The position numbers were made by a program, and so were the translations under genes. A stretch of DNA of 64,000 bases from Eledone cirrhosa. Its lineage: Eukaryota. Positions 25,464 to 37,729 of this stretch are shown piece after piece. Every line of letters begins with the position of its first letter. Positions within the stretch are counted from its first letter, which is position 1. The stretch spans positions 236,530,001 to 236,594,000 of the forward strand of contig OZ024740.1 of assembly GCA_964016885.1 (NCBI GenBank), read 5' to 3'. The notes beneath the pieces were generated by a model, which saw only the letters and a program-made list of their open reading frames with translations, searched no databases and was not told the origin of the DNA.

Positions 25464-26030
25464 GTTTCTACTTTAGGCACAAGGCCAGCAAATACCCAGT
25501 GCATTACTGGTACTTTATTTTCTAATAATAATAATTGTTTCTACTTTTGGGACAAGGCCAGCAATTACCCAGTACATTACTGCTACTTTATTTTATCGAC
25601 CCCATAAGGATGAAAGGCAAAGTTGACCTCGGCGGGATTTGAACTCAGAATGGAAAGGGCCGTAACTCTATGCGTCAAAGCATGGTGTCTGACCCTCTAC
25701 CGATACTGCCAATCCACCGCTCAATAATTGTTTCTACTTTTTGGCACAAGGCCAGCAATTACCCAGTGCATTACTGGTACTATATTTAATAATAATAATT
25801 GTTTCTACTTTAGGCACAAGGCCACCAATTAACCAGTGCATTACTGGTACTTTATTTTATCGACTCCGTAAGGATGAAAGGCAAAGTAAACCTCGGCAGG
25901 ATTTGAACTCAGACCGTAAAGGGACGTAACTATGCTGGAAAGCATGGCGTCCAACTCTCTACCGATACTGCCAGTCCACCGCCAATTTATTTAATAATAA
26001 TAATGATTTCTAGTATAGGCACAAGGCCAA
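25464..26030 (-). mobile_element. Cluster of family-1 SINEs and isolated SINE tails
   Basis: Five ttctac/gt..ggcacaaggcca-type tail starts, two full bodies, separated by (TAA)n. Confidence 0.8.
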
Positions 26031-26061
26031 CTACTACTACTAATAATGATAATAATAATAA

Positions 26062-29000
26062 TATTGCTTTCTTTATTAACCACAAGGGTTTACATAAAGT
26101 AAGACATTAAGGGCAGTACAGAACAATACAGGACGGTACAAATGGGCATTTCTGCGTGTAAAAAAACAAAAACAGAGGATGTAACAAAAAAAAGAAACAA
26201 TGAAAAATTAGAGTTTATATCGAACTGGCAAAGCTCATCGGTAGAACTGCCAGGCCAGGGATTTTTGGAAGTTGTCCATAGGCCCCGGCCCGAAAGACCT
26301 TCCGAAGGGATTGGCTAATTGATTTTCATCGACGCCTAGAGTTTCCCCAAGTATGTCGTCGCTCTTCCCCTCCACTAATCCTCTATAGAACGCCAAGGTG
26401 GAGTTTCTATCGATCATATTGCCCAACTGGTCGAGGGCTGTGAGCGCCTGAAGACATTCCAGTCTCCAAGCGCTCCCTCTCGGTCTTCGCTTGACCCAGG
26501 ACTGCAGCTCCGTCAAGGAGACGAGCTGGGGAAAGACGCGTCTAGCAAACGGCAACCACACCTGATCCCCGTTGAGGAAGAGGTGAAGATGTCGTAGCCT
26601 GAGCGTGTGTCTGCGCATCATCAGCCACGGCATGCCCAGCCCTCCACTTAGCGGGTGTTGACAACAGATGGACCGCCTGACCATCAGAGCACGTCCCTTC
26701 CACAAAAAGCGAAAGAGCAAACGCTCCAGCGCAGTCAGGCGAGGCTTAGGACAAGGCACGATGGTCAGGCGGTAGTAGATGATGGACGTGATGTACGCAT
26801 TCGCCACCTCCACTCAACCTTTCAGAACCTTTTAGGGACAGCTTCCTCTCTGCCCATTTCTGGGTGAGAGAAGCCACCCTGCTCGTCACCTCATCCAAGT
26901 TTTTGTCCATCTGGAGGTCCGGACCAAACGAGACCCCTAGCAATTTAACCGGTCCGTCCATCCAGCGCCCGACGATGCTGTTGGATGGCATTGACCTGCC
27001 TCTCCAGGTGCCGAGCTGCAGGCTCACCAACTTTTCCTGGTTGATCATTGCTCCTGTCACCGCCTCGTATTCTCTTAGTGTAGTGTCGATCACCTTCGCC
27101 ACTCTGGCCCATTGAACGGCTTTCGTTCCCTCATGTCTGAGAGCACGCACCCTAGCTCTGACAATGCAGCCTTCGTGCTTTGCATTGAAGAATTGGTCAA
27201 GGACCAATTTCGCCGCAAGTACGTCGGTCGTGATACCTTTACTAAGCGCCTCGTCTAATTTTCTAACTAGTTCTCCCTCTGCTCTATTTTTCTCTATTGC
27301 TAAAGCCTTACTAAACCTAATGGACTCTATTCTAATCGCTCTTTTCAGAACAAACTACAATTTGTTGTTGACGATGGCCCCCGTCAACGCATGCTTAACT
27401 AGTTCGCTAATCCGGTCTCTGTAGGCTTTGCACGCTGTTAATGACGCGTTTAGCTTCTAGTAGCCGGGTCCCTGTCTATGAAGCCTATCTAAGTCAACCT
27501 CACAGATCACAAATTTGTGGTCCGTGTAGTTGACTATTTTGAAATGTGGACAGCCTATGCTAGACCTATCTATTTCCCTACAAAATACCCCATCTAGATA
27601 TGATCTGGATGACCCGATGCGGTTTGTCCATGTCCACATTGATGGCACATTCAGGAAATCCAGACGGTACCTGTCAGACAGTTGAAACCGTCTGAGCAGG
27701 TTTGCGAGGCTTTTACACCCTCCTCCCCTATCCACTAATCCCACAGTCCCAGCGGGCATCTAGGATTAGGTTCCAGTCGCCCACTAACACTAAAGAGGGG
27801 ACGTTCCAAGAAAGGTCTCCAGACGCCGGAAGAAATCAGGCAGCCCTGCTCCTGTCAGGGCATAGACAGCCATTAGCCTGAAAGCTTGCCCGTCTCCGCT
27901 GGTCACGTCCAGCATCACCAACTTACCTTCTGGTTCCAGGAAGATGGCTCGTATGGCGAGATCCAAACCTCTCCGAAAAAGCACAGCAACTCCTCCCCCC
28001 GATCCAGGACAGCTAGGAGATGCATACACATCGTAGCCACTAAAGATCGGTGCGAAGGCTCGTGCTTCGGAGATTCTGGTCTCGCTGATGGCCACCACAT
28101 CTATGCTTAGTGACCTGAGGTCGTTGAACAGGTGACCCTGCTTCCATGACGACCCCAGGACACGCGCATTTATGCTGCCTATTCTGAGTGAGGTCATGTT
28201 GAAAAGGAGTGGAAAAAGATGGGAAAGACCACTTACCTCATTTCTCGTAGAGGAAGGATGGTTTCTCCATCCTTCTCACTGCTTGTGGCCTCCTCCGGAA
28301 GGATGTCCTTATAAATCCTCCTGGAGAGTGTTTGTCAGAAGTCTCCGATGTCCTTGGGGAATTTTAGTTTTAGTGTTGTGTACGATTTCTGTGTGATGCG
28401 AGTGATTTGTATGATTGGAGGCGGTGTGAATTTTTGGTGTGTTGTGTAGTCTTTTTCTGTCATGCTGATGTTGTGTTGGATGTAGTGTAATAATTGGTTG
28501 TTGTTCAAATTTAATGCTGTGTAGTGTGTATCGTTTTGGTTGTTTTGTTTTGTTTGCGTTTGTTGTGGGTTTGTTTCTGTTTCACTTTTTGGTGATTTTT
28601 CTGGTGTTGGTGATGGTGGTTGTGGGGTTAATGATGGTGATGGGGCTGGTGATGCTGGTGTGGGTGGTGGCATAGTTGTCTTAACTTTTTTGTTTGTTTG
28701 CTTATTTGTTTCCCCCTGCATTTTGTTTTTGGAGGGCAAAGGAAGAGGATTTTTTTCTTTTTTGGGTTCTTTGTTTTCTTTTTTTCCTGATACAGTTTCC
28801 CACTCCTCCTCACCGTCACAATCTGTCTCCAGTTGCGATAGGTCGGGGAGTGGAAAATCCTCCACAGGCGTTGGTTTTGGTTGCGATGTGGTGGATTGTG
28901 GTGGTGCTGGTACTAATTCTGGTGCGGTGGATGGTGGTGGTGTTGGTTTTGCTACTGTTGCTGGGGTTGTTGCTGCTACAGTTGCTTCTGTTGTTGCTGC

Positions 29001-30300
29001 TACAGTTGTTGCTGCCATTTCTGCTGCTGGTGGTTTTGATGGTTGAGTCACTGGGGTGTGTAGGAGAGGTGGCCTCAACTTTTTAGCCTGAGGGCAGAAA
29101 GCCTTTAGGTGGGTTCCTTCACCACAAACGACACACCTAGGCCTTCTACCCTCGACGATTACGGTGAGATGGCTGCCATCATTGAGGTCTATCACCTCTG
29201 GAATTTCCTCAATGTTTTTTGGTTCGCTTGGATCAGGAGCTCCATCCCATATCCGGACCAGTTCTCCTGCTTTTCTTTTGTTTCCTCAATTATTTTTGTG
29301 TTGGCCTCGATGTCGGCGAGGACGGCAGCCATTAGCCAGGGAATTTCGATGGCCGGCGGAACGTATGTCACCCTGATCTTCACTAGTCTCTGACCACAAT
29401 AGCTTGGGACAAGTGTGATCTCGTCACTTCTTAATGGGGTCATGGAGTGCTCTCTGGCTTCCTGTGGGGTTCCAAAGAAAACGTCCACGGTTCCATATTT
29501 CTGCCCACGTCTGATGTGGGTTTTTTTCGCCCACACATGTCACAAAGCTTTTTGTATCTGGGACTTGGATGCCCATTCCACTCGGCGTGATTTTGTGTTT
29601 ATCGTCCGATATGACACGGTGCATCTGTGCCGATGCTCCATTTTATTAGATGGGGGGGGTGAGGCTGACCCTGTACCCATCTTTTTTTACCATTTGCTTG
29701 GCTTCATTCAATTCATCCTGGCTTACCTCGATTATTTCGCTTTTCTTGGCTGCTTTGGCAAACGACACATTTTGTTTTGCGCTGGTGTTTATGTTGTTAT
29801 TCTCATTGTTGTTGTTGTTGCAGTTGTTGTTATTGTTATTTTTGTTATTGTCATTTTTAGTTTCAGTTGTGGTGGAGGTGGTGGTGGTGTCAGTGGTGTT
29901 CGGCGTGGAAGAGTCGATTCTGGGTGAATCCATTTCGATGTCACAAGATAATAATTTATCTTTTTTTGTTTCTGTTGTCGCTGTGGTGGTGGTGGTAGTG
30001 GTGGTGGTATCAGTGGTGTTGGTTGTTCTTTTTGTCATTGTGGTGGTGGGGGGGGGGGGGGGGCTTTAACACCTGCAGTTATTGGTAATGGCGGGAAATC
30101 CATGTCTGTATGTGGCAAATTTAAATAATTGAGACTGCTATTAATTATATTTTCAGTGTTGGCAACCGTGGCAAGCTTTACAATGGTATGGTGGTGGGGG
30201 GTGTTTGTCTGTTAAAACCAGGAGATTTGTCATCCATGTTTTTTTTCAAAGAAATATTTTGTTTGATAAATAAAAGTTTAAATTTTGGGCTCAAGGCCCC
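26062..30300 (-). mobile_element. Tx1/L1-group LINE with ORF1 (zinc knuckle) and internally deleted ORF2
   Basis: ORF1 pieces 28335-30038 with CVVCGEGTHLKAFC knuckle. ORF2 begins MTSLRIGSINAR, with AISETR, SYLD, YTDHK and post-RT VKLLGV, LFRFLWKG, GGLGMP. AATAAA plus (ATT)n tail. RT core missing near 27094. 5' end approximate. Confidence 0.85.
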
Positions 30301-30378
30301 AATATTATTTAGTGTCCTTTTCAGAAAGCAATATATGTGAACTTATAAACACTTAACAATAAATAATAATAATAATAA

Positions 30379-30555
30379 TTGTTTCTACTTTTGGCACAAG
30401 GCCAGCAATTAATCAGTGTATTACTGGTACTTTATTTTATCGACCCCGTAAGGATGAAAGGCAAAGTTAACCTTGGTGGGATTTGAACTCAGATCGTAAA
30501 GGCCCGTAACTCCATGCTGCAAAGCATGGCGTCCAACCCTCTACCGATACTGCCC
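30379..30555 (-). mobile_element. tRNA-SINE family 1
   Basis: Core and tail; lies just downstream of exon R1 donor, as at 16349-16565 for exon R3. Confidence 0.8.
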
Positions 30556-30608
<53 letters not shown>

Positions 30609-30622
30609 ATATTATACATTAC

Positions 30623-30871
30623 CTGAGTCTTTTGACTCAGTGGACTCTGTGTCACAAATTTTGAGCTATCCTGTTTATTACAATTAACTTCTGTTTGGTC
30701 AGTTTTCTCTTTGGATAACTTGAAATTTAAAGAGTTTTCATAAGGGTGAAAATGTTCTGTGATTTTGCTAACTGGTTGTGGTGTATTGAGGTAACTGTAC
30801 TTGCTGTTTTGTGTGTTTGTGCTTTCGTGTTCAGTAACAGGTGTGTAGGAAATAACAGGGCTCAGAGATAT
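30623..30871 (-). CDS. Host-gene repeated exon R1 (249 bp, phase 0-0), ISLSPVISY...PLSQKTQ
   Basis: tttcag acceptor, CAG|gtaatg donor, open 83-codon frame, clear paralog of R2 and R3. Confidence 0.8.
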
Positions 30872-31057
30872 CTGAAATATATACGTACACACACATATAT
30901 ATATAGTATATAAATAGTAAAAAAAAGATATTTTTTCACATATATATATAAAACAAATTAAGATGATAGAAATAAGTTCTTACATAGTTTAATTCTAACA
31001 TGTGTTTCAGTAAATTGTTTTGTTTCTAACACATAACTAAGCAAATGTAATAATAAT

Positions 31058-31245
31058 TGTTTCTACTTTTGGCACAAGGCCAGCAATTATCCCAGTGTAT
31101 TACTGGTACTTTATTTTATCGACCCTGTAAGGATGAAAGGCAAAGTTAACCTCAGTGGGATTTGAACTCAGAATGGCAAGGGCCGTAACTCTATGCGTCA
31201 AGGCATGGCGTCCGACTCTCTACCGATACTGCCAATCCATCGCCG
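31058..31245 (-). mobile_element. tRNA-SINE family 1
   Basis: Core and tail. Confidence 0.8.
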
Positions 31246-31963
31246 TAATAATAATAATGATGATTTCTAAATTAACCACAAAGAAAAACATTAAGAATGG
31301 CACAGGATAAAACATTGAGTGTGCATGCATGTGTGTATGTTGGTGTGTGGGTTTTGCATGTAAACAAATTTAATACAGGAGGGGCAGCAACCCAAATATT
31401 AGCAATGAGTATTCCTCAATAGGGAGGAGACGTCTAAGGGCTACTCGTGGAAAATAAAACCCATAAAACCATGGTTGCTCTGCCCTCTCTCAGTTCTTCA
31501 GCTTCAATTTATAGGCAGACCCATTCACTTGAACCATGCTTGCCACTCTCCAGACATAAAAATGGCAATGATGATGATTATGATTGTGATATAATCTTAA
31601 GATATATTTAGACAGACAGGTCTGTCAAATCTTGAAAAAAATAAAGAGAAAGTTATTATAATATTATTAACAAATTCCGAATATGGTGAAGGTAGGGATG
31701 GTGATAATTATAATCTTTTATCAAGATCATTAATTTAAAAAAAGTGGTGTTAAATGGACAGATTACAAGATCCCAGTTATTTAATTGATGGATTAACAAC
31801 TGGTTCTGTCTCCTGTCCTCTGTCCCCTATTGCTGACGTGAAATTATTTAAGAAGGATATTGATCAGTCTAGTGGAAAATAAATAGTTAACAATCCATTT
31901 AGACAATTAGTCATTTATTAAGCTACTGGCATGGCTATAATGGACATTATCATAATAACTTAC

Positions 31964-32152
31964 CAGACTACTGTCTATCTGTAAAGACAGGGGTTTTATT
32001 TTGTTAAAGTTCTCTTCAACAGTTGATTGAGACATTGGTTGGCATGTACTACTGTCTGTATAAAACTGAGAAACAGGTAAGTTTTGGGGTACATATGATG
32101 GGCTTATACAATAATCCACATATTGTTGTTTGTCTTTTACATTGGCATCCAG
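31964..32152 (-). CDS. Host-gene exon (189 bp, phase 0-0), LDANVKDKQQ...QIDSSL
   Basis: tttcag acceptor, CTG|gtaagt donor, open 63-codon frame compatible with R1. Confidence 0.7.
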
Positions 32153-35100
32153 CTGAAATAGGATGTTAGAAAAAGGATGAGAGACAAAGTTAATCATGTC
32201 AGGATTTAAACTCAGAGTGCAGAGAGCCAGAACAAATACTGCAAGGCATTTTATTCAACATTTTAATGACTCCAGCAATTTGATATTTATTAAGAAATGA
32301 ATGAAAACAAATTAACACAGAAAGATGGAAGAGAGCTTAGCACACTACACAAAGGTAGATTGTACCTTAATTTGCATAAATTAGGAATCATTGAAGATGC
32401 TAACAAACAAGAAAATAATCATGACAGTGTTTTATTGTCACTGAAGACAGATAGATACTAAGAATTCTATTTCCATACTGACAGCTGCTATAAAAATCTC
32501 GACATCCCAGGTCATACTATTTGACAATATGAGGTTAGGAGTGAAAGGTGTTGCAAGTTACTACCATAATCAAGATGAGACAATGAGAAAGCTTCCAGAT
32601 AGTCTCTAGAACAGCTAGAAATAGCAACCAACTGCACTGTATCATATTTGATAATACAGTCCTAGATACAATCTGTCAGCCTGAAAAAAAATAGGACTGT
32701 CATGGCTGAAATGCCTTTTAACACAAGTCTGCTCAATCAGGGCTAATTTAAGGCATAGTAATGGCAACTATACTCAAATATGACTTACAATTATCCCCCT
32801 TCAGAGTTGCAGCTTGTCCATTGTTCTTTAGACCCAGGTCAACCTTAATCAAACAGACCTATGATCAAAAGCATTCCATTCTTTTTAAGGGTATACAGAA
32901 CTATATAGTCAAGTATGAGCCTTCCTTATTTAAAACAATTACATTTGATTTGATAGAGATTTAGCTGCAATTTTAGCAGGACAAGCAACCACAGCAAGAG
33001 TATATCAATCTCATAACCTTGCTAATCCAGTTATTTGGGATGTTCATAACAACTGTTTCCAGTTTCTTCAACACTAACAATTATGGAATTCATCCAGATA
33101 CATAGAGATGATTTACTTCCATGTGAAACACCATAAAATAGCTTCAACAATAAGCTGATTGGATGAGAGGAGCTTATAGTTATTGACCACCTTAATATGA
33201 AAAGATTAGGCAGGTATATTATAGTATATAGACAGTGAACTGAAACACATAGAACAGAACATATAGATAGCTAAGACCAAACATGCCTCCACTAGAATGT
33301 AAACAAATCTAAACCAAATCTAAGTTATCCATGAATTCAAGAATGTGCAAATCATAATCTTTCATTCAACCCTATCACAAAACCATATTGCATCAGCTGT
33401 AAATTAAATTTAAACATCTCCTTCAAAACAATATAACAACACTCTCAAGCAAATAACAATCAACCTACTCCAATTACTGGTATGGGGATGATGGCCATCA
33501 TGAGGCTGTAGCCATCGTATTATGTAGTTTCTATTCTAGGTAACAGAGAGCAACAAATTACTTACATTTCACACCATATGACACAACAAATAATGGAAAT
33601 TGTGCAAGTGCAACAATGCTAGAGACTGCAGTTGATATGATAAATTAGTTGTAATATGCAGATAATCTCAATTTGTACTGCTATAGCAATATCATGGACA
33701 GAGTTTGGTATGGAGAAGATAAATGACACTGGCCTCACTTGAAGTTGAATGAAAAAATGAAAACGACAAAGGACAAGTGTTGAATGTTAACCATTTTGTA
33801 GATTCATCCAGCATACAATCAAAAACTATGATGATGATGATGATGATGTCAAATTAGAATGCAAGTAATTTCAATACAATGACATGTATGATATTATGAC
33901 ATTCTGTTGAATAAAACATTATTGTTTTAGTGGTTAATGAGGAAATTATTCATAGATTCAGAGGAGATGAAGATATGATAACTATAGCTAGAGACTTTTG
34001 TGTTCATCTAAGGAAAACAATCAGACTGCTATGATGGTAGATATGCTGCTTACAAAAACTGGACTGGAATCAAAGAGTCTAGAGTAATCTAGTTTACTGA
34101 TGCAAATAATATGATAACATGGAATATAGTTTAATAAAAATAAAAAAAAAAGTAAAAAAATTAAAAATAACACAATGAACCCATTGAGAAACATTAACTT
34201 ATGTAAATGTGAAAGTGAAAGTTAGTTCAAGCCTGAATTAAGGTGAAAACTCTGCAGTAAAAATACTTTAAATGCTTCAACATGTGAGTCTGTAATTTAA
34301 CAGTAGTGGTAATAGAAGGTTGTTGTTATCGTTATTTAGCTCTAAATCAACCTTGAACAAGCAGACCTGTATTCAAAGGTTTAGCCATTACCATCCTACA
34401 TTTTATTATTCAGTTATACTATACCTAGGATTATATTATCTAATGTTTCCTTCGGGTTTTTTTAAATTGGAAGGATGTGATTTAATGGAGACTTGACTGC
34501 TATTTCTAAGGACTACATAGAAGTTTTCATTTTGGCTCAATGTTATTGCTGGTAGTGGTGGTAGTGCTGGTGGGGATATTAGTTGGTGTTGTTTAGTCCC
34601 AGATAATCCCTGATTCAGCAGACCTACAGCCAAAGGTATCCAAGCTGTGATCATTCCATTTTTGTTCAGACATAGTGTACCTAGAACTATATTATTGTGT
34701 GTCCTTTTTTTTAAGCCTGTAAAATGACATTTGATGGATATTTGGCAGCTATTTCTAGCAGATTAAGTGAGTCAGTATGTATTTGGATCTGTGTGTGTCC
34801 ATGTCTGTGTTTATGTCCCATGACTTAGTGGTTTGAGATCGATAAAATAAGAACCAGGTTTGAAAAAATAGGTACTGGGTTTGATATGATCAACTAAATT
34901 CCTTTATGGCAGTGCCCTGACATGGCTGCAGTCTAATGGCTAAAATTGGTAAAGGAAAAAAAGAGTAAAATCGTTTAAATGTGCCTATTTAGACAAATCC
35001 CAACCTATACCAATGCATTTAAGTTCTCTTTATAAATCAATATTTCCTTTCTGAACTGTGGACACTATACATGTTACAATTACATTTTATGTAAGACTAC

Positions 35101-36653
35101 TGGTTATATATTTTTGATGATTTATCCACAATGCACATTCTGAACCATATCCAAAAAGTTCCATCCACCCATTGTGCATGTTTTCATTATCAACTTGTGT
35201 CCTCCTTCAGTTTTTTCTATTCATATTACAACACAATCTCTGCTCCCCACTGAGTTTACTCAACAAAACCACACTTGTCACACCTACTAGAAAGATAAAA
35301 AGCATCCATCTGAATATTAATTGCTAAGTCTTTTGGCCAATCTGTCTACATTAGGTATCTCTACACTCACACTATCCATGGTGTTTCTGCTCCCAATGTC
35401 TTTCACACCTGTCCATATTTAAGATTGGAGCTTATAACAAGTACAACCTGCTTTCTCTGCCATGCTAATGTAGGTTTCTCCTTAATAAAACTGATCTCTC
35501 AAATATCACCAACAATACTATCATATACCTCTTTCCTTTACAATCATCCAATGTGTCCTTTTTAATATAGTAAGGTGTGGTTTAATGGAGATTTAGTTGT
35601 TATATTTAACAGGTCAAGCAACCATGTAGAGACTACTTTATTATGTACTTTCTCATTCTTATTCAAAGATAGGTTAATTTGAGATAGAAAAAAAGTGTTT
35701 CTATCCTTGAACAAAAAGGTAAGACTCACATGTACAAGTGTGATGCTGCATAGTAGTAAAATATTTATATTAGATTTTATAGCAATTAGAGAGGAATGAG
35801 TAAGTAGTAGTCTTCAATGATATAAAAACATGGGATTGCCAGTTTGTCACTTCTCTTCTATTGTTAGTATGTTATAATAACTTCATGTTGTAGATGAATA
35901 CCCAGCCTACAGAATATTGTAATATTCCTTTATCCAATATAATAATTTACAACTTCCATGTTTACAATTGAATTTATATATACTACATTGGTCATTTTGG
36001 AATTTATCCATACCTTTACTAGCTTGTGCTTTATTATGAGGAAATGTTTAATATTAGTATTTTATAATATATCTCTCATACTAATTCATGGTTAAGTTTA
36101 ATAGTTCTGTTTTACTGGGAAAACAATTTTTTCCATTCTCTTGTATTAGCTACAGAATTTAACATTCATATACAAGATGGAAACATTGTAACAGATTGTA
36201 TTATACAACAACCTCCATAGCTGAAGAAATATAAGAACTTAGACAGAAAATATCATTAGTCAAAACTATTACTCTATAGAAATAGGGAAGTAATATAAAC
36301 TTTATTGTGATAGAGTCATTATCACTGTTAAAAATACACATTACACTCTTATATTAACTTTTACTTTATTATTATTGTTTCTTCGTTCAGCTTCTAACAC
36401 TTGAGATGTATTATAGAGTTAACTGTTCACTACCAGTGAACTGAAGTAGCACCCCTTATTTTTCGTGTAACTTCCTGAGTATTTAAGATGTTTCAAGCAA
36501 GTATTATTTTTGGAAGTATTCCACCCATATTGTAATCCTTAGACTGTAAGACTTGAACTATTATTGGTATTACACCACCTCTTTCAGTGACCACAACTGC
36601 TTAATCTTCCAAGCTAACTTGTCATATTTATCAATTTTTTTTTCTTCTTTATC

Positions 36654-37124
36654 ATGTCAGCTTATGCGGACAACATCAACATAGTGGGGTCAAGCACCAA
36701 AAGCATTGAGATGATTGGCATTGCTCTCAATGAGTACGAGGTTATGACAGGAGAAAAGATTAACCAGGAAAAATTGGTGGGCCTGTGGCTTGGCATCTGG
36801 AGAGGTAGGTCCATGCCATCCAACAGCGCTGTCGAGCACTGGATGGATAGACCAGTTAAATTGCTAGGCATCTGGACCTCCGGATGGACAAAAAGTGGGA
36901 CAAGGTGATGAGCAGGGTGGCCTCTCTCACCCAGAAATGGGCCGAGAGCGAGAGAAAGATATCTGTGAAAGGTCAAGCAGAAGTGGTAAACTCGTACATC
37001 GCATCCGTCATCTACTACTGCCTGACCGTCGTGCCTTGTCCTGCGCTGGAGCATTTGCTCTTTCACTTTTTGTGGAAGGGACATGCTCCGATGGTCAAGC
37101 GGTCTATTTTCTGTCAACACCTCT
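36654..37124 (+). mobile_element. Tx1-like RT fragment (same family as 26062-30300)
   Basis: SAYADNI..EYEVMTG.KINQEK..WRGRSMPSNS matches the larger copy and retains the YADD-like motif lost there. Confidence 0.85.
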
Positions 37125-37354
37125 CTACACGTGCTGAGTGTCGTGAAAATCTTTACTGTGTGTGGACTTCTTAAAGATAGGTGTTCATTTATTTATATCT
37201 CCAAAATTATGTTGAAATAGTATGTGTAATGGCTTGTACGATTGTGAAAGCCATTACGGTTCTCACATTTCTTCGTAAAGATGGCTGTTCATGTTTGTAT
37301 AATTTGTGGAGACTTGAATATATATATATATATAAAAAAAAAAAAATACTCATA

Positions 37355-37583
37355 GTCCACACTGTAATGTGGCCGTGTAGGTAACACGGTAAAAAGTTCC
37401 CAGTTCTACACTGTAAATGTGGTTGGTGTTAGGAAGGGCATCCAGCCATAGAAAGCCTGCCAGATAGTCCTATATGAGCGAGACACGGTCACCCGACCAG
37501 CCTTGCCTCAAGTGGAACAACTCCCGTCTAACCCATGCTAGCGTGGAAGATGGACGTTAAACGATGATCATGATGATGATGAT
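37355..37583 (+). mobile_element. RTE subfamily-A-type 3' tail
   Basis: gttggtgttaggaagggcatccagc..ggacgttaaacg(ATG)n. Confidence 0.75.
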
Positions 37584-37729
37584 GTGTGTATGTGACTTGT
37601 AAACTATATTAAAAATTGCATGCCCGACGCTGTATGCTAACCACTCCCTCATGAATATATCATAGAACAGACAAGGGGCAGACGGAGGCCGTAATGTAGG
37701 CAACTCATCTAGGAGAGCTACCCCTCCGA

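Noticed and set aside
33555-33635. Possible extra minus-strand exon (gtaagt donor)
   Set aside because: Weak acceptor and no independent support
36212-36285. ctccatag-CTGAAGA...ctatagaa possible hammerhead
   Set aside because: GAAA appears as AAAA and stem II is poor; at most a dead relic
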